Source of the DNA: Trichosphaerium sp. ATCC 40318
Lineage: Eukaryota; Protista; Tubulinea
NCBI GenBank assembly: GCA_038496445.1
Contig: JALMLS010000612.1
Coordinates: 760,998-824,997, forward strand
Reading direction: 5' to 3'
Length of the DNA stretch: 64,000 bases
The translations under genes and the position numbers were made by a program. The notes beneath the pieces were generated by a model that was given only the letters and a program-made list of their open reading frames with translations, made no database searches and was not told where the DNA came from. This document shows positions 14,239 through 26,654 of this stretch, piece after piece (position 1 is the first letter of the stretch; the number at the start of each line of letters is the position of its first letter).

Positions 14239-17200
14239 ATGGCTGAAGCTCCAAATGACACCGCAAGTGAGGAGGAGAGTATGGTTATACGCCTAACAGA
14301 CTCTTCCAATATAAGTGGTGGGAAAAGTGACAATATACGCTCTTCGCTCTACGTTAGTACCACAGGGCCTAATTTACTAAATGGAGGCGATAAGGACAAG
14401 CCAAAAACTGCAAAGCCAGATAGTGGGCGATTAAACTCATATCACTTGAGCCTATCTGCAAATACCATTCGATTTAATATTAGCGAAGGAAAACGTTTCT
14501 GGGACTCAACCAACAAGGAAGTTATATTTTACACCAAAGAATTATTGACAGTGGTGAGCTACGACCGATTACAGGAGCGTCGTAGAGTGTTTGAAAAATC
14601 TGCGTGCGTCTACTTGTCACCTAAATATTTTTAACCATACAACAGCCTTGTGGGCTTCCCAAAGGCAGATGACATCGAAACGTTGAAGTTTTCACCTGAT
14701 CATACACTATTATGCTATAAACTAATAGATCGATCTACCAATCGTAAATTACGCGATGACATAGTATCCTACACCAAACCTACCATTTTTATAATTTTTT
14801 GTATGATTTTCTAACACTTCCCTAACTCTCAAGTACTTCTATAACCTTTCCGCTGGAAGGAGTACGCGACAAAGCAGTTTAAAAGTAAACAAAACATACA
14901 ATCGCGTGTTGGGATTTTATTGGACGAATCGCTCGAATATCGTTTATGTGACGTCCAATGGACTTGAATTTTATGCGGTACGCATACCCCGTTATCCCTT
15001 TATAATACACATTGCGTTCAAGAGTGTCACATTATTCATTGTGACGCTGGAGGATGTTTTTCGTAAAAAAAGTGACTGAAACTGGAATTTTTTTTGAAGA
15101 ACTTTTCGTGTACTTCTACCTTGTTTGTGGCTTACTCATATGTGTTTTAGTGTCATAAAGGAACTCTTAAATTTGTTAAAGAGTATAAACATCAAGTTAA
15201 TTGGCATGTGTACTCGGTACGAAATGAACATCCTTTTGTTCCCTCAAAAATTTGAGATGCAAGTTAACCTTTTTTGACATTTCGTCTTGATTTTACTTTG
15301 GGTTTTTTTTCGTACGAAGCAGATAATATAAGTCAGTACAATTTTTATACCACATTTTGTGGTTTATTCCATTTTTGATATGTTTTGGCGGTATCTTTTG
15401 GAGATTCTTTTTTTTTTTTTTTTGCTTTTTTTTCTGAGTCCTTTTCTAGCCGCAAGTAAGAATTCTTATGATATCAACTGGGAGTAAGAAAAATGTTTTA
15501 TACGGGTATCATTTTACATTAAGACCAAATAATGTTATCAAACTACCAAAATTTGAAATACAAATGCCAACAAGAAGCGCAACATTAGAGGCCAAACATA
15601 TACGCATAAGTCAAATGTATTACATTAACTTTTTTTTTTTTTTGAGCTTCATGTAAATAACCCCTTTATAGATATAGTCGCGTATTTTGTATCCAAACAG
15701 ACCCACATAATAAGCAGCTTGTGTTGTATAAACTAACAAAAGAAAAAGTATTAAAGTACGCCAATACTACAAACAAAACAATCGATACAACAAAAAATCT
15801 GACTTTTGTTTTTAGGAGCTTAACAATTGATCTCCATGCGCCTGGTATATATTTTTTATTTCATTAAGATATGTACGTATGTATACCTAATTGATATCTA
15901 TAGGTGATGTAAAGATCAACATACTAGATAATCTACTTGTAGTACATAACATTGACCAAAAGGTGATATTGCGCTTTTTGAAAAAACCAAAGTATTGAAA
16001 GAATTAACACTGTTCTTCTAGATCTCTATGATGTTTGATACTAAGCTCAAAGGGAATCCAAAAGATTTAAGATTAGACTTTCCAATCGCAGCACCTCTAC
16101 CTCTAGCACCTACCAAGCTTGATGGGAATCTAGTAGATCTTTGTATCCACAAGTTACCTTTTTTTATCTTCCTCAGATCTTCACCCTTTTTTTCTCCTTG
16201 ACGTTCAGACTCAAAGTGGAATTTCGCTCTGCCAGATTATGTTATCGATTTGAACACTAACGGATGTGTATGGCAACTGGATATGGATCTGAAATTCATT
16301 GCAATCTCCTTCAGTGATAGATACAAACTTGTCAACTTTCTGCTAAGAAGAGAGAATTCAAAACGACAACTTATTGATGTTTTACGGTAACTTTAATAGT
16401 GCCTTTTGTGTTTAATACTGACTACATATAAATAGTATGATAATCCAACAAGGAGAGGAATTACGTGTTATAACAACTATTTTCGATACGCTCAATGGAG
16501 TTCTTGCTAGCTATATTGAAAGTAAAAAGTGAGTCAGCTCTTTTCTTTTAATCTATTTACAGCTCAATCATTCAACATGTTGCTCCTTTCCATACACTTT
16601 CCTATTTTTGCATACTATTGTTACCATGTGAACAGAAACAACGGTTTTTTAGCGGAGTTGAAGGAAGAGCAACTTTGAACTACAAAGTGTGCGACAATTT
16701 TAATACTCACTGGTTTTTTTTTACAGGTCAACCAATAAAACTACACCTGGTTCTCCTAGAAAAGTAAAGTTCTCTCCAGAGCTTATAAGAAGATCAAACT
16801 CTGCAAGCGCTAGTGATCAGGATCTTGCATCATCTACATCAGAACAAATGTATGATGCATTCACAAGAGGGAAAACGCTTGATTTTTGGAACAAATTTAT
16901 TACAACTGAAGAACAAGCACTTAATAATTCGACTGGAAGTAATAAAGATTCGAAAGGGTGCGTATACGATCTGAAAATGATAAATTAGAGTCTTTAAAAC
17001 AAAACACATGTGCCATGTCGGCTGATCTTTTTTGTTTCTTTTTTTTTGTGTTGTTTTTTTTTTGGGTTTGTTATCTGACACGTTTGTTTTATTAAAAGGG
17101 GCCAACATAAATCACAATCTTATGACGTTGATTACGCGTTTCTAGATGAAAAAAATACAATCGATGGGCATGTTATCATTAAACAAGAAGAGATGTATGC

Positions 17201-18347
17201 TTTCGTATTTATGCCAGTAACAGAACGCAGCGTAAGTGTACACTAGCTTCTTCTTTGTACCATCGAAAACTATCTTTTTCTTGTATTCTTCTTTCTTGGT
17301 ACCATCACATATGAAGTCTATTAATGTTATCATTCTTAGGACGTTGATACAAAGTATATGGTTTCAGTACTATTGGAGTATATTCGTAGCTTGAATTTTC
17401 ATCATATTACAGTCCATTCTTTCCTTTATGAGTTATTAATTAATTTACTCGTAAATGCTGAGCGATACTATCAATTAAGACAGTTCTTACAAGTACGTCA
17501 TTCTACAGATAAAAAAAAAAAGAAAACAAAGTCTATTGTTGTTTGTCATTTCTCCAATGCTAGCTCTCTTGTATAGCTGTTAATATTTGACTTAAACCAA
17601 CATTGAGAATGGCTGTGTTTTGTTTTTCCTCTCAAAACGCCGAGTACTCGAGGTTTCGACAAAAACAGTCTTTGTTTTTTTTTGATTTCTTCAAGAATTT
17701 TTTTCTCATTTTCTTCTCATAATAATGGTGTTAGTATCACGTGATTTCTGATTCGATGCATGTTGCTTGTCAATTGTTATCTCTAGAGAATAGTTACCCA
17801 CCAGCATATCAACTAGCACTTGATATGTTAAAAAGGTTATCAAAAACTGAAACAAAAGTTTTAGATCAACTTGTTGATATTTTACTCATAAAAGGACAAG
17901 TACGTACCTTACTCTTCTTCTTTTTTTTTGTACAAAACCTCCTTATCCACCCGTATATTTCTTAAAAAAACCTGCTGTAATCTTTGAGGCCTTCAAATTG
18001 CGACATTCCGAGTCTTGGCATGCACGGCTTGTCAAAACATTTTTGAACAAAAAACCAAGCTCGACATTGTCATGGTTCTTAGTCTGAGCCTCGATTTTTT
18101 TTATAAAGCCTTGGTGTTTTGCAAGTACTTACGTTGTATTTATTAGGTTTTACAAGCTCTACGGTTTGTTAAGACTCATAAAATTCCAGCAGTTGCAAAA
18201 AGATTTTTAGAACGTGCAAAAATGTTGAATGATGATACACTGTTTTATATGGTATACAATTACTTTAAGGCTCGTAAGGAATTGAATGATAGTTGTTCAG
18301 AGTACACTGCTTACTACAAGAAGCAGTTTTCTCGTAAAAATTTTTAA
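14239..18347 (+). CDS. RMC1: Regulator of MON1-CCZ1 complex (Mic1 domain)
   Basis: VLLEYIRSL...LYELLINLLV...YYQLRQFLQYHVISDSMHVACQLLSLE...YQLALDMLKRL is the Mic1/C18orf8 signature. Confidence 0.88.
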
Positions 18348-19260
18348 AAAGAAGCTCATAAGAAAGCGAAACAATAAAAACACAAAAAAAGAAAAAAGCA
18401 CCTTTGCTTGATTATTTTTTTTGACTCAGACACCGATTCCAAAAAAAAAAAGAAGTAAAGGCGGACCGGTAACAGCACAACATTAGTTCGCATTGTGATT
18501 TTCATAATATAAAGAACTGTTAAAAGTAAGTACAATGGACGAAAGGAAATTCACGTTTTTTTTTTGCTCATGTGCAACAAAACAGTTTGAGTTTACACTT
18601 ATTTACAAGAAATCACGTTTTTAGCGAACTACACCACAAAGGATTCTAAAAATAGCCACACAGTCAAATCTTCAGGGTCAAGGAGTGTTCACACAGAATG
18701 TGTACATGCAAACAAACATGTCGTGAAAGGGATGGGTAAGCTAGTACTACAGAAAAGTCTACACAGCCAGTCTAAAAAAGAATGTTTGGTAGGTTTTTTG
18801 GACATTTGAACAGACAAAGACCGAAGCTCTGTTGTATAACTTGGTACAAATTGTAGTTAACAAAATAGTCATAATATGTCAATGAAATGAGAATATACAG
18901 CATTAATATCGTCTTCACCGTGATTCCTTAGTTTGTGTTGTAACATTACTTTGAACCTGGTCACTTGTACAATTGTTTTTTTTTGCACTTTTGCACTATT
19001 TCTCCGACAGTACCCAATATCTAAGTTGCGCTTTTTGTGTTCCTTGTTGTCTCGAGTACAAAATACGCTGAATCGTAACGTATCAGACTAATCGAGTTCC
19101 TAACAAAAAGACACTTAACCTATTTTTATATTAAGTCTTGTTTAATTTTCGTTATGCTTTGGCAGCCAAAGGACTACTATCACGGTTTTTAAGTAATTTT
19201 TTATTATTAATATTGTACAATGTGTGCCTCATTTGTTTGTTTTGTAAGGGTTTTCGTTTC

Positions 19261-20401
19261 TTATGTATTATTGTCTTTATTCTCTTGTTCTTTCTTGGGA
19301 ACGCGACCAATCAATTGTTGTGTAATATCGCCAAAAAAATCTTGTACATTTTCACCTGACTTTGATGACATCTCCATGTTCTGTAAATTCCTTGCATTAC
19401 AGTATTCTGTAGCCTACGTATACAGTAATGAGTATAACATACAATATCATTGATAATAATCACCTCTTCAAGTGTAACTTGGCGATCTTCTTCAACGTCT
19501 ATTTTATTTCCAGCAACAAAAATTAAGCAGTCACCAACTTGGGATCTTAGCTCTTTATACCTTTATTAAAAACCGTCAAAAACATGCATATATTAATACC
19601 ACAGTGTGTATAAAGCTATGCACAATATATCTGGTACAGCTGAGTACGCGTGGAACGTATATTTTCAAGAAAGAAAAAAAATGAACATAAGCCTTTTCGT
19701 ACCAGTAGTTTACCTCGGTGAAACTCTCTTTAGATGTTATATCGTACACAAGAACAGCTGCATCTGCTACCCTATAGTATATTGGCATCATTGCTTTGAA
19801 ACGTTCTTGTCCTGTAAAGGTGTCAACAAAGAAAAAATAAAAAACTGAGTTTTTTGGGGATCTGAGCTAAGATACTGTTGTGTAATATTGTTCATTTGGT
19901 TCGTACCAGCCTATTCAAGTATTAGTGATACTTTAAACATTGATTGGTGTAAGTTTGTATTTTAAAGTCGTTTTGTTTTTATATTTTATTTTAACAAAGG
20001 CGTATGGCGTCTACGTACTGTATCCCACATTTCTATCGTCATCATTTTATTGTCCGGTGTTTTTATGGTTTTAGTTGAAAATACTGCACCAATGGTTGAA
20101 TCAACAGTTGGATGGAATACCTCTACGCATTGTTAGTTGTACAGTGAAACAATTAGAGTCTGTACGACTGATAACATTTTTAATGTACTAACGGTCAGAA
20201 AATACAGCCTGGTCGCTAGGAGTTGAATTGTAGCGTACCTTGAGAGTATCGCATGAGAATAGAGGTTTTCCCAACACCTGACTTCCCCAAAAAAACTATT
20301 TTGTACGTTTTAACATCTAGAGGAGATGCATGTCGTGTTTTGAAAGGTCGGAATCGCGCAGCGACTTGTTCGCTTGTTTCTTTATCGTTTAAGCACCCCA
20401 T
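19261..20401 (-). CDS. Rab5-family small GTPase with N-terminal MGC and no C-terminal Cys
   Basis: GKSGVGKTS, STIGAVF, WDTAGQERF, YYRVADAAVLVYDIT, GNKID and MSSKSG. Ends ...VPKKEQENKDNNT*. Confidence 0.88.
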
Positions 20402-20792
20402 TGTATCAGAACACTCTTAATTTCGTTCGGGGAACCAGTATTAGCCGTATCTATTTAAATTTACGAATAAAAAGCGCTGTCGTTACTCAAAATACTGTCA
20501 GAGTCCACTAAATAAGTATAAAATACGTACAAACGCTCTGCTTCTTGCTATGAAAGTTGTTTTGTGGCTATGTGGAATTCTGTGGACATTTTGGTATAAT
20601 AGCTATCACTGAAGCCGATAAAACAACCTCTGTGTCTAATGCTTTTAATTTTACCCTTGTACGCGTACTAGTACAGCCTAATAATGTAACCTACATGTAT
20701 TCAAAAAACCAAAAAGCAGTTCTATCAGTGAAAGGTAGAAACTAGTTTGTAAGCTAACCGTTGGCAGTTGTAAGGTGTTTATACGAGGTAAC

Positions 20793-22396
20793 TCATTTAA
20801 TGCATGTTTTGACACGGCGAAGCCTGTAGCAAAACAAGTTCTGCACGTTTTCAAGTAAATACCGACCATTGGGTACATGATATCTACTGTGCGATATAAA
20901 TACTAGCCCGCTTGTGCTTACCACTTGAAAGGAATACATGAGTTTTCTCAAAGAAATACATGCCAAGAGTTCCAAATTAGCTAGTACTTCTTGAATATTA
21001 ATCACGTGCGTTGCCAAATATTTATGATCCCTATCATTCTTGCAAAAACAAGAAAGGAGCCAACATGTAATAGCAATCAAAAATATGACTGACAAGGGAA
21101 GCGGTTCACTTGAATGTTTTCAAAGTAGCATTTAGTACTTTTGCCATTTGGACTCTTTCTACTGTTTCTCTATCTGTTTTTTCATCTATAGGCTCTATTC
21201 TCTTATTAATCTCTATCATTGCATCTTGTACTTTATCATATAGTATCTCTCCTGTATCAGATAATAAACCTTCCCTTTTCAAGAGTGTATCCATTGCTGG
21301 AGTTCCTGTGGCTATACAAGAAGCACATGAAGAGTCATTAATAATTGCTAATAAAAAAGTTAGAATTAATGTTGCACAGATTTTGAAAGGTACCTTTAAG
21401 AATGCTGTAGTTAATTTGTTTGGTATTGGAAACATTTACAATCCATTTAGGTAATGAAGTGAAGCCGAGACCTTATTTTTTTGGTTAATCATTAATTACA
21501 CTAAAGAAAAAGTTCAATTTAAAAATAGATTTAAAAAAAACCAAACTAAACAAAGTATAGGTTACCAGTGTCTATGTAATTGATACCATATCCATAACAC
21601 CCAATGATATCAATGCTGAGCAAATAATCTTTATGCATTTGCGCTTTGATAAGTGAGAAAGGCAGCAAAATACCTGTCTGCAGCGTTGCTATTTTTAGCA
21701 GATTAATTTACTAATACATAGACTAAGTTATACTACCTCCCCATGGTATCATTTCACACTCTATAAAGGCTATATGCGTCAACACAGTATACTTTGTTCT
21801 TCGTAACTCTACAGATACTATCGTTAATGAATTATAAACTCGGATTTCTTGATAATGGATTAGGAAGAATATTTTTTAAAACACCTTTTAAAGCTTTGCT
21901 ATTCTCGAATTGTGCAGGATCGTCAATTAACGGTAGTCTCCAGTACTCATCATACTCCCCATATCTACGTTGTGGTTTATAAGGAAAGCGCATTTTGCCT
22001 GTAAATAGCATAGTTCCTGGACATTTTGTAAATAGTACACAACGGCACTTTTTGTACCAATAACGCTGAGCGTGAAGCCGTCCAATTTCTTTTTTCGTAT
22101 CTGCGAGCACAGTAAAACCAGTATTCAACCGTTTATTATTAAATTCAATGTACCGTTATTGAACTGACGTTTGGGAATACTCTGAAGAGCGCATGTAGCT
22201 TTTTAATGCCTTTGGGTATGTAAGGTGACAAATCGAGTTTTGTAGTACTTGAAACAATATACTCTTTCCAATACTTAGATACACGCATACAAGAGCGTTT
22301 AGAACGTAAATTATCAACAAACGACAAGACATGATAAATAACCTCCGGTGGTAACTCTGGAAGAGGCACAGTACTCCGTGACCTTCTGTTACCCAT
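20793..22396 (-). CDS. F-box protein
   Basis: LPELPPEVIYHVLSFVDNLRSKRSCMRVSKYWK near the N-terminus. Downstream exons are uncharacterised and the 3' end is approximate. Confidence 0.7.
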
Positions 22397-22682
22397 AGCT
22401 ACACGCCTGTAAACACAAAACACAATCCAGTTTTTGACCGACAAAACACTGCATGTCAAAAACCACCTTTAATTAAACTGTCCCAAATTGATTCGTAGGT
22501 TTTGTTCTCTTTAGCCAATGCAATTATTTTGTCACTTATGAGACAGACTGACACTGTATATGACTGAACAGAAAGAATAAAACAAAGCAACATTTATGAC
22601 AAGTGGGTAACATCTCTGTTGTATTCACGTATCTGTGCCATAAGAGCTATATCTACAATGAATTCTTAATTAAAAATTTTAT

Positions 22683-23934
22683 TTACAATGCATCTGCAGG
22701 GCGTCTATCATATCTAGATCCAATAAGACCTTCTTGCTCCTTCTAAAAAATTAGATCTTTCCCAGAACAAAAAATGATTGTTGGCCAAGTTTATACGTCT
22801 GACGTACATCATTTATAGATAATTTGCCCTCTGTAGATACGTTACGACTTTTTAAAGCGTCAATGTGGTGTACTTGGTACACAATATACAATTCACGAAG
22901 TTCTGAGGCAAATGTTGCAACATACAGCAAAAATGATAAGCTTAAGCATATCTCGGCGCATGCATTGATTGTGACAAAGAGTTTTGTTAAATTTTGTGTC
23001 TTCGTGAATTGTCTAAGACATGCTACTGCAATAACTTGAAAATTAAGTCAAATACAAGTGGTATAAACAACCCTTTTGTTCAATAAAAAAAAAAGAAAAA
23101 AGAAGGAAAGAATAGAAGGTTGTGGATACATGGAATGAGTGTTAGTGTTGCAACTACCGCTATTGTACATCTCAATACTTTTAATATCCATGAAGCATAT
23201 CCAAGCGCGAAGCCAAGTCGTAAATCAATGAAAATGTATATCTGCCACAATGTGTCACATTTCATGTCATATGGTTTTTCTGTTTTGATTGTTTTTTTTT
23301 TGAATTTTTTTTTGTGAAAACAAATGCTCGTTAGGGACGTACCAATGATCCTCCAAAACAACATGCTATTGATACAACATGTGCATAGAACACAGCCTTA
23401 ATAATACAATGAGATTCTACGCCTATGATGGACGAAGAGGATAAACAACTTTCTAACCAATAAGCCGTACACTGTATTGAAATGATGCCGCACCAACGAG
23501 TGATATAGCAACGAAGAATCCGAGTACGAGTTGAAAAAACGAAACTGACTTCAAAACTGTGAAACGCAGTTAATATTTGAGAATGGTAATTATTTGGAGA
23601 TGTAGATAGTTGTAAGACAACGTACATGCGTCAGGTCTTTGTGAGAGCTTTTCTTTGTAAGCGAATAATGAGTGTAAATGTCTGTATCGACTCAAAACCA
23701 TTATAGATAGAATAAACGCTGTGACGGTGAGTCCGAGAGTGCCTATACAGCTTTCTGGTGCTTTATCAATTACGGAGCTAATGTAAGTTACATCTATTGT
23801 TCTTTTTAGTGTTTATTGATGCTGTAGAACGCACACTGATCCGATGACTTGCGATGAAACGCAATACCCCAACACGCGCCAATCGTTACGACAGGAACGA
23901 TCACTAGCATTATGGGAACCCATATCAAGCGCAT
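22683..23934 (-). CDS. Frag1/DRAM/Sfk1-family multi-pass membrane protein
   Basis: MRLIWVPIMLVIVPVVTIGACWGIAF followed by YISSVIDKAPESCIGTLGL and several further TM segments. Confidence 0.7.
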
Positions 23935-24114
23935 ACCAGACTTCCTGACAGACGCCATCCCATAATTACGGCTTGACATTTGTTAAAGTATCTCGGAGTG
24001 CTTTAAACAAGCACAACCCTACAGAATAAAAAAAGCTACACCATTTTGTGCGTTCAATCAATTTCCTCAAAAAGTCATAACTTTTTGGAACCTCCAAGAA
24101 CCTACAATTGTAAC

Positions 24115-25970
24115 ATGGACGCCGCCACTCTTCAGTCCTTCCAATGCGCTTATGTATTTCAACATGTAAGCGTTTGTTTAATTAAATTATACTCAAAGCG
24201 CATCTAATAGGAGGCACCAGTAAATTCTATAGATTTTTTACCCAATGGGCAGAAAGTAAGCACCCAATACGCATTTCTAGGCTTGTTATTTTTAAACTAA
24301 TAATTACGCTTATTAGATGGTTGTATCAACAAATAACGCTCAAAGTACGCGTATTTCAGCATCTTTAGCCTTTCTTACGTCAGACTAGTTATAACATACG
24401 ACCCAAATGATTCAGAACCTGTGTAAGACTACTTTATATTACCTTGAATCGCCATCGAGTTGTTAACGGAATGTTTTAGTGAAAAGAGAAAGTTTTTCTG
24501 TAAAACGCACGGTGTACAAAATCTAAGGCTCACACACGCTCCGAATACGGTATTTAATAATCTCAAACTTGTATGGTTCGTCCTTAGTCATATATCTATC
24601 TAGGTGCTTACAGCAACAGACCCTAACTTTGATCGCATGGGAACAGGCACGTGGTTTTAAAAGTCTGAGCTTGAGATGTGTTACTTTTGTATGACATCTG
24701 ATTACTGACTCATTGTTCATCTGTAGATGCAATTCGATATTTGTCTTTGCATGATAATACTTATTTACGCATTTTCAGAGGTCATACTGACAAGTACACG
24801 CGGTTTTTATTTTTAGACGGCTGGAAGTAACAAAAGTTTTTTAGAGTTGTTGATTTGGATGTGTCACCAGTAAAAGATACATTTATATCAGCTAGTTTAG
24901 ATGAGACAGTACGGTACGAATACTGCGATTGTACTGGTCATTATATAGCTCAGTTTTACTACAGGTTCTGGGATATCAGATCACCTAGCTGTGAGGTGCA
25001 ATATGACTTATTGTGGTGGTTGTAAACGCTCACTTTTCTTTTTTATCCAGGCAATTCTCAGACGTAAAGGGCGACCTTCTATTGCTTACGGTCCTCAGGG
25101 AAAAGTTTTTGCGTTTGCCACTGGTGTAAACACTATATTGATATACAATTTGGCAGAGTTAGCAAAGGTACAAGAAAATTTGCAAGTTTTTTGCTTTAGG
25201 TTTGTTTTTTTATTTACAAGAATTAGGGACCTTTTAATACAATCACAGTTGATGCTCCTACTCAATTATCATGGGCTGGAATCAAATTTAATAATACTGG
25301 AAAGTTAATAGTTACTTGGTCTACACAAGGACACGTGTTTGTACTTAACGCTTACTCTGGAGAGGCTGTACGTTGACAGGTTCTAAAAATTGACATGATT
25401 TTTTCCTCAAATTTCCACTGGAAAGTTTCTTTTGCAACGCTGTCACGTGAAAGGTCTTAGATAATTCTAAGGTGTTCCAATTTTCTTTGAATACTGAGTC
25501 TCAAGATATAATACCTGCATTACCACAAAGCGATTTAGAATTCACACCAGATGGCAGATTTTTATTGGCTGGTAAGTTGTACACCTAGTTAAAAGTGTTA
25601 ATGTTTTTTTTTGCAGGTCATCATAGTGGTAATATACAAGTACGTCATTTGTAGTTGTGACTATATATTTCATAATAATAATACCTATTCTAGGTGTGGG
25701 ATACAGTCACGCACAATAAGGTACAATAACAGAGTAGCAATACAAAGAAGTTTTTTTCTGATTTATTTTTTTAGATTGCTGAATGGACAGGACATCCTGG
25801 ACCAGTTCATGCTATAAAGTTCCATCCAAAGAGCATGCTTGTACGTTGTTATATATAAAAAATTTGTAAACAGCCATACAGTTAATGACGCATTGATTTA
25901 GGTAGCAGTAGCAGACTTGAACAACACACTGGCATATTGGATTCCAGCCAAACCTCAAAATACAGAGTAG
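24115..25970 (+). CDS. WDR82: WD40 protein WDR82/Swd2 (COMPASS/CPF)
   Basis: [58 protein letters not shown] and C-terminal LAYWIP. Confidence 0.82.
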
Positions 25971-26654
25971 CACGTTGTACCTTAGCTTGTATTTGTACCT
26001 TAATATCAGTCAATAAACATAAAGTTCGCGTACATTCCACCGTTATAAAAGGCTTTTTGGTTGTGTGACATTCCTACGCGATTGAATCTTTCTTGCACAC
26101 TATGACAAAAGTTTTAAGTGTTTATTTGTTAGTAAACGATGTTGTTCGGTTTGGATAGACTTGACTTCTCAACTGCGTAGCCTACTTTTTAAACGCTACC
26201 TCCTATTTGTAGCAAGCACGTGGCTTTCTACTCTTAAAGTCACATTAATAAAGTGCGCCATTGGATACACTAATGGGATAGCTTGCAGAGTTGCACAAGG
26301 CTACCTATGACCAACTGTCCAATACTAACACAAGTCACTGGCCCTCTTTTAAACGCAAACTTCCCTACGTCCAGGATTGATGGTACTACTGTGAGGTCCA
26401 ATTATTCATTACAGAGAACTGCTGAGGTGGTATTTTGAAGCTTGCGCACTAGGCTTTCACAACACGCAAAACCGGTGACAAGTGGCTATACAATGCCTCA
26501 TAGCAGGGATAAAACGAAACAAAGGTAATAAATCATTATTAATACTCGTTTATGTTCCAGGTTTCTACCAAAACAAAATACTATCAAATATACAATAAAA
26601 AAATAAGTCAATATACAAATTAAACGAGTCCATCTTTTGGGGGTGTGAAATAAA

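Noticed and set aside
14239-20401. Functional cluster of RMC1 with a Rab5-like gene
   Set aside because: They share a pathway, but adjacency in a gene-dense genome can be chance without synteny evidence.
24256-24316. Possible microexon in WDR82
   Set aside because: A single 61-nt phase-0 intron keeps the frame (NGQK|MVVST).
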